Part shown: one piece after another, positions 25,971-38,092 of the stretch
Layout of the letters: every line of letters begins with the position of its first letter
Numbering within the stretch: position 1 is the first letter of the stretch
NCBI RefSeq assembly: GCF_037042905.1
Contig: NC_087245.1
Location: 37,946,001-38,006,000 of the forward strand
Direction of reading: 5' to 3'
Source: Lytechinus pictus
Taxonomy: Eukaryota
DNA length: 60,000 bases
Position numbers and translations under genes: made by a program
Notes under the pieces: generated by a model
Seen by the model: only the letters and a program-made list of their open reading frames with translations
The model's database searches: none
Told to the model about the DNA's origin: nothing

Positions 25971-28900
25971 TCCCCTCGGAGTTCGTCTAGGTTTTTTCAG
26001 TCTAGTGGCAGGGGAGTCAGCCCTCTAAAAATTATTCAACTAAAATATAACCTTTTGCCTTTATCAGAAATACATAGTTTGTGCTTTGACTTCTATTTTC
26101 AAGGGTTTTAACCTTGACTTTGAAAAGTTTACCGTCTTGTACAGATCTAGAAATCCTCACCATCTGAGTCTGAGACGGAGTGAGATCTATATGAGCATGA
26201 GACACTCAATATTGTCACAAAGCTACCCAACTTTCTTGACCTATCACCTAGATTATATCTGGACAGACGAAACAGCGATCCCTAATTCTACTGATGACGG
26301 GTGTTATTTTAAAAAGTAATAAAGCAGTTTGTATATAGATTTTGCTTTGAACTTCAATATTATGTTTGTTTTTAGACCCTCATTTTTTGATGGTGATCAT
26401 GATCGGCTAATGGGACCATTTGATGACATATACAGTAGTTACAGATTGTTTTGAATAATTTCAATCAAATTAATTTCGCTGTCAGTATATACTTTGACGA
26501 TGATAATTGTCATTATGTTTATAACCATGTACTGGCGTAGTACAATGTTAATTTCTCCTATGTAGAATGATAACCCGGTGATCGATCGTATGCGGCGATA
26601 CGACCAATTGAGCGTAGGTGTGACACCCAGGCCCGTCGAAATGTATACGATGATCTGAATTCTAGGAAATTAGTCATATCTCACTAAGTAGATAATGCGA
26701 AAACGAAGCGCGAGTTTAAATTTGTGACATAATTTTATATGGGATATGTTATTAAAAACAATTTTACATTATAGTTTAAAAGAAAAGAATGACGCGAGCG
26801 CAAAGCGCGAGCTATTTTTTTTTTGCATGTTGACTTGAAAAGAATCATTTAAAAGTACCTTTTATGAGCATGATATATATCTCACTAAATTATTGGTGTG
26901 AGCGTGAAGAGCAAGCTATTTTTTAAATACTGACTTTAAAATGGCCATTTTTGATAACAATTTGCATAAATTTATGAACATTTTGTATTTTGTATGTATA
27001 ACAAACTTTTGTTTATTTAGTTATGTCCTCAGATCCAGCTGGCACAAAAAGGTATATAGGTTGTGCTTATACCTATATAGGACTAAAATGTTAATTTGGG
27101 TGGCAAAGTTGTTACAAAATGTTTAAAGTATCTGTTTTATTTTAATTTGCTGAAAATGCAAAAGAAATGTATGAAAAATATACAGCTATAGCATGCTCAG
27201 GTTTTTCGCCTTTTTTCCTTGACACAGCGTGAAAACGAGCATTTCTGAGCAAACAGATTTCTGCGAGCTGTACAAAAATGATCAGTGCTCACTCAAGTGT
27301 AACATTCTGTCCAAACTTTTACTTTCATTTGATAAATGAGACCCAAACTCAAGAACAAATGTGAAAAAATTATCCCATGCTGTTTATATATTTTTCCATT
27401 CCCAGTACTTTTTTTCAAAGTGTAATCTTTTAATTGATACGCACAAGTCATAGACTTAATGTACTATTACTTCGATTGTAGCATAATGATGGATATCTAG
27501 TCATCATCACAGGTTCAACTTCCAAGGAGAGTTTTGACTGTCTTCATTTTGGTCTAAACTTAAAAATAATCCCAACTCTTTGTGAGACGTGTTCTCAGAT
27601 TAAAAAAAAGAATCTTGCACTGAACTTTTCCTTTATTGTTTATTCCATTCGATAAAGGTATAGCTCATGCACGGACCCAATTTCCTAAAGACTCCCTGTT
27701 GTGGTGACCGTGCCATGCGAGCGGAAATCGCGAGACGAAATTTTTGATAAACTGTCATAAAAGAGGGGTTTTAACTAGTTTGTTATAGAATTAATATCAT
27801 CTTATGGAATAAACAACAACAACATGTAGGCCTACTTGGCAAATAAAATAATGCGAGCGCACAGCGCAAAAAACTGCAAACGATGTTAAAACATAAAATG
27901 GACATTTTACAGAGCACTTAAAAAAATCAATTTGTAAATAAAAGAAAATATTGAATACTCGATGTCTGAGCTGAAATATGCTTTGTAAACTTGATATCTT
28001 AAGCTACATATCAGCCTATTGAGCAAGATGTGTATCTCATTGAACAGGTAATGCGAGCGCGAGCAAAAATTTAATCTAGTGCACGTACGACATGAAATAT
28101 TTTTTAAAATAATTTTCCAAGACTTCCCCTGACCTTATTTTATTCACTTGTCTCCCTCCTCTTATTTTTCCTCCTTTCTTTCCCCTTCTTTTTCTTTCTT
28201 TCCCCCTTTTTTCATTTTTTTATTGGTCATGATTTTTTTTTTGAGAGGTGGTGGTGGGGGGGGGGGGGGAAGTGCCCCAAGCCCCCCATCTGTACGCAAC
28301 TGTTATTTATTATTTTCCAACTTTTTATAGGGTAATACATCCAGGGGTGGGGCAAAAAATCATTTTGCCCCACCCGAATATTTTTTTGGTGAGGGGGGGC
28401 TCTGATGATTTGTGAATACACACCATTACTTACAGCTCAGCTAGTGCCCCCGGCCCGAGAAATAATAGCTGCCAGGCATGCAAAAGTCGTTCAAGGATTG
28501 GGCGCCTTTGCATGGCTTTATAATTATTTTGAACGACTTTCGTATCAAATTTGATATACGGTATATGGCTTAGAGGGCAGCAACACACGGTAATTTGTAC
28601 TCAAGGCACGTATGTTCACGGCCTCAAATCAGTGGAGCGCGCCATTGAAAGGCCTTCCCGCCTAGCCGTATTGTTAGCGACGTTCGTGAGCATCACTTTG
28701 CTCACTCTCTAAAATGTCTGCGACATTAAAATCATAAAAACAATGGAATCGTTAAATTTCAGTGAGGCTATGAATGATTATCATTTACGTTGACTATCAG
28801 TGTACCAACATATACCAAATTTAAAATCAAGTGTTGGTAAAACGTCGAATTATCAGTCATTTCGATGCAATCCCAAAATTGATGAAAATATAACAGAAAT

Positions 28901-30447
28901 TTGATATAGCATTGCAAAATCCTTATTTTTGAATCACCTTAATTTTTTATTTTCTTTAAAAGCATCTTAGTACATTTCCTAGAATTTTTCATAACTGATA
29001 ACGGTGGTGGATTATTTATTCTAGTTTTTTTAAGGAAATGACAGGCATTTGAAATCAGGTAAATTTTTAAAAGAAAATCGTTAGATTCGAACAACTTACT
29101 AATAGTTCTCCGAAAGAAGAGTTATATTCTATGTTTTGTGTTGTAAATGATACATGACGATAAATTCTACGAGTATATCAATGCATGTTGGATAACCTTT
29201 TCCACGATGAGTTTCGTAATTGAGAGAAAAATCAAGTTCATTCCTAGCACACGAGCCGCAGAATGATAAATTTTAGCGTGCGCACACGGGCTGATCGCCG
29301 TGTCTGCGGGGACGGATATCTAGTCCCATACTGGTGTAAGGTGGTCTTTTCCACGTACCTTTTCCCCTTGTAATGATCACTTCGCACTTTAGTGCTTAAT
29401 TTTGACACTTAATCTGTGAAATTAACGGTTTAACGATTTTGGAAAAAACGCTCGGAATATACCTGACACATAAATGATTTCATTTTCGAGAATTATTATT
29501 TCTTTCCTGAATTACCAAAAGGCAAATTTAGGTCAAGATTGCATTATGTAACATACTCACATTGACTGTATATACGTAGCGCATATCTATTACAATTGTC
29601 CTGATGAAAATATATGTTATAGAATCATATTGTATGCAAAAATCATGATGGGTGTCATGGTCTGAGTTTTCTTTGTGTATACTGCATGATTCCAATTTCA
29701 TTTGAACATGTCATTGTATGCAATGGCAATTTCAATGAGTTTATAATTATCTTTTGTTTAGTCAGCGTTTATTCTTCAATGTGCAGAATTGGTTTGCAAG
29801 AGCTCATTCCTGGCACTTCGACTAAAGATGGATATGATACTTTATTAATAACGGTTATCCATTTTTAAAAACAATATTTATTTACTGCAGCCAAGGAGTT
29901 CCTGACAAAATTCATTTCTTTGACTATAAACTAGTATGAATGTCCCCGGAATGGTCTTAAGATAAAAAAGAAATACCTTTTTTTTCCGCAAATAAATACT
30001 AGTTGTAGCTGTAAAATTACAGTGTCTTCCTTTCCTCTTAATTTAATATTTTAGTATTTAATTTACATAACCTGAATGAAGGAGGATTCGGAACGATAAT
30101 TGTATGATGATTGAAAGGACCCCTCCCCCAAAAAATAATAATGAATTAGAATAAATGAATAAATGATTAAATGAATAAATGAATAAATGAATAGATGAAT
30201 AAATGAATAAATAAATAAATGAAATTAAAAAATAAAAGTCAGTAATCTTTAACAGAATAGTTCGAAAGCTTATTTCCAGTGGGGTCCTCAACACGTATAT
30301 TATAATCATAAAAGGTAAAATCTGTTTACACTATAAAAACCAATAGGAATTACTATAAAAAATACATAAGATCTTGAGATGGTATATGTACAAGAAATAT
30401 ATTTAAAAAAAATAGAAAGAAGAAATTAGAAGGTATGATGTTGTCTC

Positions 30448-32435
30448 AAGCGGATCGGCAGAAGGGGGCGTTCCTTTCCCCCTCTCTTTCATATAAACCT
30501 GGTGAGTTATGTATAATATTATCTCAATATTAATTCTATAACAAACTACTTAAAATCCTCATTTCATGACAGTTTAACAAAAATTTCGGCTTGCGATTTG
30601 CGCTCGCATTGATTGTTGAAAATATATTAACTCGTGCATCATAATTACAAAAGTGCTTTAAATGTCCAGTTTTCAAGCCATAATATTAAGAGATTTCGCG
30701 CTCTCATTAGGCTTATTACATTAATAAATAAGATATTGATTTAATAATCACTATGTCATTTTTTTAGAATGGAATATCGACAAGTTTTATTTCGTGCTTA
30801 GGAAGAGAAATAGGAAGATAGTCATCATTTTCATTTGATGACAAAATGTTCTTAGGATGTCCCGGTCCTATATGTCAAAGCTAAAAGGAATAATATTAAA
30901 ACATATCAGCTTATTTTAAACTGTGATCCATATCCACCTCACAATTTTCCTACAAAGTGCTTGAAATACAGAGCTTAAATTGTCCCTTTTTCAGATCGGA
31001 ATATCAAATGTTTTAAGCTCGCGCTTCGCACTCGCTTTATTGATTTTCATGATAAAAAAAGTAATTAATGCCCAGATTCTAGGTCGCGCATGTTTATTCA
31101 GATACGCAGCTTGTTCTCTATTTTAAACCGTGATTACACTTACCGTGTTTACACTTAATCGGCATTTGAATCGGCTCGCGGTTCTGAACCGCGAGCCGAT
31201 GCAGCATCGGCTTTTTCATAGCGTGTAAACGCGAGTAACTTGAATCGGCTCGCGGTTCAGAACCGGCAATTTGCACCACCAAAGTAGTAGGTTCTGAACC
31301 GCGAGCCGATGCAGAATCGGCTTTTTTACTACGTGTAAACAGAAAGCCGATTCTGCACCGGCAATTTGTGCGCATTTCAATTACTTTACCATTGTGACGT
31401 ATTTGTTAGCGCACTGATCCAGCGTTGTCTTTATTATGACGTATATTGTAGGTATGCGTATCATTTCAAGTTTTTGCATCGGCTCGCGGTTCTGAACCGT
31501 GAGCTGTAACAACGTGTAAACGCAATCCAAATGCCGATTCTGCATCGGCAATTGGTTCAGAACCAATTGCCGATTAAGTGTAAACACGGTAACAGTCTTG
31601 ATCGGCTTTTGGTTCAGAACCAAAAGTCGATGCAGAATCGGCTTTTGGTTTATCTTGCACTGCGTTTACACGCTGTTACAGCTCACGGTTCAGAACCGCG
31701 AGCCGATGCAAAAGCCGATTAAGTGTAAACACGGTATAAATCATCCAATATATCAAACATTTTCTGCTCGCGCTTTGTGCTCGCATTATTAATGTAGAAA
31801 TATTTCCAATTATCATTTTCATGATTTACAAAAAATTAGCAGTGTCCCATTTTTAGGTGGAAATCTCGATTTTTTCCGCATGCGCTTCGCGCTCGCATAA
31901 ATTGTTAAGTTATATACTTATCCTTATCACGATTACAAAAAGTGCTTAGAATTTCCATACTTCGTCTAGAAATGTCAAAATTTTCAGCTCACGCTTTTCG
32001 CTCACATTATTTGATTGTTGAAAAAATGTAAGGTCTTCATGGCTAACTATATAGTCAGCCGTTAACAGATCCCTTTTTGATCAGATAAAAACATATATTA
32101 AAATTTTCTGTTCGCGCTTCGCGCTCGCAGTAATTATTTAGTTGGTGGATAAACATTTGGTTTGGGATCACAAACATTGCCCAGAATATTGAAATTTTAG
32201 GACAAAATACTTTGAAAAAAAATAGCTCGCTCTTTGCACTCGCACTATTTAAATAAGGCTTATGAGATTATTATATATTTATGTTGATTTATAAGAATAA
32301 AGCTTAGAAATGACTTTTATAAGACTACCCCTTCAAAGATACAAACAAAAATCAACTTCGAGCGGCCGATCGGGAAAATGTGGCTGAAAAAATTCGTCCC
32401 CCCCCCCTATTGGCAAAGGCTGGATCCACCCCTGT
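30448..32435. repeat. Long non-autonomous element built from GCGAGCGCGAAGCGCGAG-containing subunits, interrupted by the 31142-31735 MITE
   Basis: GCGGATC and GGATCCACCCCTG ends, with recurring CTCGCGCTTCGCGCTCGC motifs. Related opposite-strand tracts lie at 22280-22900, 26680-26990 and 27700-28300. Confidence 0.55.
31142..31735. mobile_element. Foldback MITE (Harbinger-like) built from palindromic subrepeats
   Basis: TIR ACCGTGTTTACACTTAATCGGC and its reverse complement, with repeated ATCGGCTCGCGGTTCTGAACCGCGAGCCGAT hairpins. Confidence 0.75.
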
Positions 32436-33594
32436 CTACTGATTATAGCTCTTGACGGGGGGGGGGGGATGGGTTACCTATAAATATTATTGTTGAATTT
32501 ACAGCTCCATATATTGCTTTGACCCCACCCCCTTCACACACGTTTTATATATCCCCGTCTACTAACAGCTCTTTATGGAGGCGGGGGGCATCATTTTTTT
32601 TTTTCAGCTCAATACTAGTATATTGCTCTCACACCCCCCCCCCCCCCGATCAGATGAATTACGCCACTTGACGTACGTGATTTCAATTGCCATATAGCCC
32701 AAAGATCCAATGACTATTCATCTTGCTTACACATTAAAAAAAACTGGAGAGTTGTCAAACTCAACAGAAATATACAATAAAATAACAACAAAATGACATA
32801 CTATAGAAAGAAAGTATCAAAAAAATTGAGAACTTGGTAGAATAAAGAGAATAAAATGTTGAAATGTTGTACCCCCGTCTCCCACACTCGGATCTATTAC
32901 GTATTAGACAATGATATGAAATTAGGCTGATCTGCCTTTATTTATGCACAATATTCTTAACTAAAGTCATGATATGACCATTGACATATGGGTTATAAAT
33001 TTTCATAGTTTGATCACACCATATCCACTTTAAATTCCTGGAAATTCCAGCAACAATACATGTTGTCATGGGTACGACACACATTTTCTTTTTTGAAAAG
33101 TATCACGACACCAACGTTGAAACTGTGCAAGGCCTTTAATGGCGAACTCCGCTGGGTTGATACATAGCCTATGGGTGATGAACATACGTGAAGGTTCAGT
33201 TCAGTTCAATTTCTCAAGCTTGATCGCCAGTGGAATCACTCATGTAATGTTGGACTCCTTTTTTATTTGAAAGAAGAATGAAGTTGTAAAAGAGTAAATT
33301 TGGAGAGGTATGTAATTGCAAAACGACAGTACGTGCGCCTCTCTCAACTTCTCAAGACGTAACTTAGACTCGTAGTCTGCTAGCTGCAATTCCGCTGCCC
33401 CCTGCGCTAGCTAGCGCTACTGCTGTGCCGCGCCGTGCCGGTGGGCCCGGCCCGGCAGGCAGCAACCCGTTGTTGCGAGCAGCAGCAGAGGCGGATTTTC
33501 GGCTTGGGAAGTTGGGTTCTATGACGTTTGCTCCGGCGACAATTGCTCTGCTCTAATTCCACACTCTAATCCGTCGGTTGACCAACTTCAGCCC

Positions 33595-34169
33595 TAACCC
33601 AGGGAGCTCGGGCCGGAGCCCAGGACATGCCCGTGTTATTAATATTAGGCAGAGGATACCGTACTCTCCAATTCCAAAATGGGCAAAATGGGGTAGAATG
33701 GGGTCGCAATACAATAGCACCCCAAATCAAATGAAACTAGAAAGGGGAAAAAATAAATTATGCACTTACCTTGATTATAAATGGATGAAGGTCTATCCGA
33801 CTATCGTGACACAGAATCCTGACATCGAGGCACAAACTGGACCCTAGGCTAAAAAAAAAGGAAAAGTTCTGTCTCGTTCGTTCTCCTTTCTAAATTGAAA
33901 ACAAAATGGCCGATCAATACCGAGAATGAACGCGACATGGAGGTCTAACTTTTCCTTTTTTTGATGGTCCAGTTTGTGCCTCAATGTCAGGATTCTGTGT
34001 CACAATAGACATTCATCCATATAATCGAGGTAAGTGCATAATTTATTTTCCCCCCTTTTATTTGGAGTGCTATTGCGACCCCATTTTGCAGAGTACCCAT
34101 GTCTGCCTAGTATTACATGGACGAGTCCTGGGCTCTGGCCCGCGAAGCGGGCCGGAGCTCCCTGGGTTA
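33595..34169. mobile_element. Foldback element with long inverted arms and a 9 bp TSD (Mutator-like)
   Basis: Termini TAACCCAGGGAGCTC/GAGCTCCCTGGGTTA, arms at about 33595-33868 and 33948-34169, flanks CTTCAGCCC/CTTCAGCTC. Confidence 0.75.
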
Positions 34170-34549
34170 CTTCAGCTCTAGACCAAAAGCTTTGGTCTCT
34201 GTTATATTGGTTGTTCCGCTGAATTCTGTTGGCTTCAATCACCAAATACAGAGGAGAAATTAAAAAAAAAAGTTAAAAAACTCCTCGAAACAGACGGCTG
34301 CCAGCTGTCCACTTAGCCCTAGGTTTAACACCCTACCCTATGGCCTGGGGGGGGGGTACTCGACCAAATAAGTGGTAGGTATAGCCTAGGGGCTAGCCTT
34401 GACTGAGGACTCCCCGATGACATTTAAAAATATTTTTACATATAGAACCTAATATACTTTTTCATCACGGAGCCTTGAAACCCTCCCCATACATGCCCAA
34501 GCGAGACCTATACACCGGGATAGATTTCCCCATGAAATCCATCTTTTAA

Positions 34550-35144
34550 AGGGGAATCCAACCCAAACAAAAACTTGTTTTTATAAGGAAAAGAAAAGTC
34601 AGACAAGTTGATAGGTGAAAGTTTGAACAATATTGGACAAACAACAAGAAAGTTATGAATTTTTAAAAGTTGTAAATATTGGTAATCACTATACCCATGG
34701 AGACTTCAAATTGGCCGCATATGGGATGTCATAGTGATGTAAGGCAAGGACTACTCTTCCATGTACACCAATACATATTATGGCTAAAATGTCATTTTTC
34801 CCAAAAGTTTTATTTCAAATTATATTTTTATTTCATGAGGACATAAAACAATATACTACCTGGATTATATTTAGATTACTGCCCCAGGGGAATGGGTACT
34901 TAGGAGAAAACCACAAATCACTGATAAAAAAGTACATGGCCTATGGGAAAGTTGTCCTTGCCCCTTGTCATAATTTACTTACTCAGTTGCCAATTTGAAA
35001 TCTACATTGTATTAGTGATCTCAATTTTTAACTAGCTATAACTTTCTTATTGCTTGTCCGATTTCTTTCAAACTTTCACCATTCTGTTTAATTCATTTTT
35101 CTCCTTCCCAACACAACATTTTGTGGCCAAGGCTGGATTCCCCT
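34550..35144. mobile_element. TTAA-flanked MITE, family B
   Basis: TTAA-AGGGGAATCCA...TGGATTCCCCT-TTAA with TSD intact on both sides. Confidence 0.85.
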
Positions 35145-36572
35145 TTAAGCTAGAAATCACGTATATTTGTTGGATTTAATTTATCTATACACCTTCATAT
35201 GCCTAATGCATATGAAGGTACAAAAAAACTGTTGGTATAAATATGAAAAATGAGAGGTTTTCTTACCAGAGCGATCTCGTGTAGATCCTTCGATCCATTT
35301 GTAAACACCACAAATACAACAGATTCAACAAATAATAAAATTTGAAAGTTGATTATAAATAATTATTATTATAATTTCATTTCAATTTTTTTTGGGGGTC
35401 AAAACTTGGGGAATGATATTATTTTGCTCCAAAGCGCCCTGGAAGCTACAAAAGGAGCCCTGGGGAATCTTCATTCATTGCAATGTTAAAGCTTATCTAA
35501 TATCGCAATTCAGGTAATATTAAGTTGTGAGAAGTAGCACCTGAAAATCATAAATTAAGTTTTTGCCTGTTTTTATGACCTGCAATTGATAAAAACAAGT
35601 GCTAGCTATTCATTAGAAGAATAAAAGCGTGACGTACAAAAAATCTGGGTTTTTTTTCAGCTATTCTTAACCACATCATGATCTTTGCAGCGGCTGAGCT
35701 TCTTGAGTTTCCTCCCATGATGCACTGTGCAAATTTATATTAGTCTTGAGAATAAGAGCTCCTTTTTTTAGTTTTAGTTTCCAGCAATAACTATGATAAA
35801 GAATGTGAATAATAAAGAGATTGATTGAAAAGATGCTTTCTTTTTAGGGGCTTTTTATATATTGTGAATTCATATGTGGAATAAAATGATAAAGAGGTTC
35901 ATTGTGATGCCATTTTCTTGCCAATTTGGGGGCTATTAATAGTGATTGTTTTCTTTGAAAATGTTCAACACCTGATGCATTGAAAATGGGGTCACTATTG
36001 TGATTGGTGGGGGAGGGGGGGGGGGGGGGGGGCTACACACCCTTCATGTAAAGATGACATATACTCTTTCTCAGTTGAATTATATGAGTATTGTAGAGCT
36101 TCATGGCCCAGGCATTTTTTCTTTTTAATTTTGGTCCGTCTCCTTCCATTTTCTGAATTTGTCCCCTTCTCTTTTTCTTTTCTCCACTTCATGAAAAATC
36201 ACAGGGGTATGCTGCCCCCCTACCCCTCATAAGCACCCCTTCTGTAAGTAAAGCTGGGTAATAATAATAATAACAGTGCCTACTTGAAGAATGGCTTTCG
36301 GAACTGAAGTGGCTACCCTAGGTAAATATACTGTTATTAGTAGTAGTAGTAAGTATTTATTTTTTCCCCTTTCCTCACTGTATTCTCATGATAGGGAGGG
36401 GGGGGGGGGGGGTTAGGGGTTAGGGGAGGGGTTGTGCCCCAAACTCTTTTGAGCCAAACCTCAATTTTTTTAGACTGTCACTGTAAAGCATGACAATGCT
36501 GTTATTATGAGCTAGTCGTTTTGACGAAAACCATTGTTTTTGTTTCTTCTTGTAGGATATTGGAGGAACACT

Positions 36573-36682
36573 ATGACGAACAGGGAGACGAACAACAATC
36601 GCAAACTTTTAATAGTAGGCCTTGCCTGTGTTGATATTGTCAATGTTGCTGCAGGTTATCCTACAGAAGACACAGATCAAAG
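36573..36682 (+). CDS. KHK: Ketohexokinase coding exon 1 (exon starts at 36556 after an acceptor, so a non-coding exon lies upstream)
   Basis: MTNRETNNNRKLLIVGLACVDIVNVAAGYPTEDTDQ(R) resembles the KHK N-terminus (ILCVGLVVLDVI...YPKEDSEIR). TTCTTGTAG acceptor at 36555, GT donor at 36683, phase 2. Confidence 0.92.
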
Positions 36683-36783
36683 GTACTTCCCCCCCCCCCC
36701 CGAAAAAAAAGAAAGAACATGTGCATACATTGGTATCAATAATGCATGAAGCAATTTCATTTACTTGATGCAAGATAAAAGAG

Positions 36784-37649
36784 TGTAGTGACTTGACTAT
36801 ATCTTTTTATATATCTACATCTATATATTCTTTCCTTGTATATATTTTCATTTATATTTCAACATTCTGTATATGTATATAAATTCTTTCTTTTATTTCC
36901 AATTTCATATATTCTCACTTGTTCACGCCATGTGTATGTACTACAATACTGTACATTCACAGAGCAAGCCAACTCATTTTCTGTCCAAATCTACTTGGCA
37001 AACACATTCTTATATTGAGAAACAACCTTTCTTTTGTTCCTAGACTTGGAGCAAACATCCTTTCATTGTTCCTTGTTTATTGCAATGAACTTGCAGGTAT
37101 ACAACATCACTACAGAGATGCTTGCATGTTTGCTTTTCTCACAGTCTGCTTCTCTCCTCTTTGTTCTTCTCAACTGTGTTTTGCCCCCTATTTGGCGCTT
37201 ATTTCTTTGTCTCATCTTTTCTGATGTTGGTAAAAACAACTTGTTTTCTCTACCACATCATCACTCTACTCTCTGCCTTCGTCCTGTCCACTCATGCTGA
37301 CCATCTCATCCAGCTGCTAGTGAGGATTGAATCAAATCTTGTGGAGGATCAACTTATACTTAATTATTTCTCTGCATTTTCAAATCTTATTCCTTACCGT
37401 CACTTCCACTCCTTCGAAGTCTATATTCACTCTGCATATTTAATGAGCTCATTACTTCGCGAGTCATTTTGTGACATCTGTCCCTTTTTCTAATCTATTT
37501 GAAATTGTGAAGTGTATATATTTCTATTCACGGATTTGTGCAATTTATCTGAGCGGCTGGACCACATTCTATCCTCTGGAGAGCAGGAATTAAGGTAGGA
37601 TCTAACTTTTATATTTATATTAGGAGATCGGCTTTGCCAATTTCCTAAA
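36784..37649 (+). repeat. 5' LTR
   Basis: Runs TGTAGTG...TTTCCTAAA. Direct repeat of 40768-41633; one substitution seen by eye (T37029 vs A41013). Confidence 0.95.
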
Positions 37650-37650
37650 C

Positions 37651-37668
37651 TGGTGACCCCGACGTGAT
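37651..37668 (+). other. Primer binding site complementary to the 3' end of tRNA-Trp
   Basis: TGGTGACCCCGACGTGAT is the reverse complement of ATCACGTCGGGGTCACCA, the 3' end of metazoan tRNA-Trp(CCA). It sits 1 nt after the 5' LTR. Confidence 0.9.
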
Positions 37669-37816
37669 CTTGAAACCTTAATTTTCTTTTATCGCCTTCT
37701 ATTCATTTCTCTCTCATTTCGCTATTTTCGCTTCCTCTCGAGCTCTCACTTCTCTATTCTCACTTCGCTATTTTTTTGTTTCCTTTCTACTCCTCAATTT
37801 TTCTTAACCCTACAAC

Positions 37817-38092
37817 ATGACTATCCCTAATGTTTCTTCTACTCCTGAATCTTTCCTTTCTCCAATCGACCAACTCTCCGCTCAGGTTGACCAGCTCACA
37901 ATGCAGGTTCAAGCATTAACCTGCTCCATGCTGGAAAACCAGAGATGGACTCGTAGTCGACAGCGCAAGTCGGTTTCGCGCAGCCCGCATCACTGTAAAC
38001 AGCATGCAGGTGCCCAGTGCTGGTATCACTGGAAGCATGGGAGCAGTGCTCAAAAGTGCATCAGTCCTTGCTCTTTCTCAAGTCAAGCCTAG
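37817..38092 (+). pseudogene. gag: Truncated gag (coiled-coil/basic region plus CHCC zinc knuckle only)
   Basis: 91 aa ORF ending in [18 protein letters not shown] (C-x2-H-x9-C-x3-C). It is too short to contain a capsid domain. Confidence 0.8.

Noticed and set aside
36836..37493. Overlapping 60-123 aa hydrophobic ORFs in the LTRs (repeated at 40820-41477)
   Set aside because: Explained by the T/C-rich LTR strand having few stops. No recognisable domain, and they are duplicated only because the LTR is.
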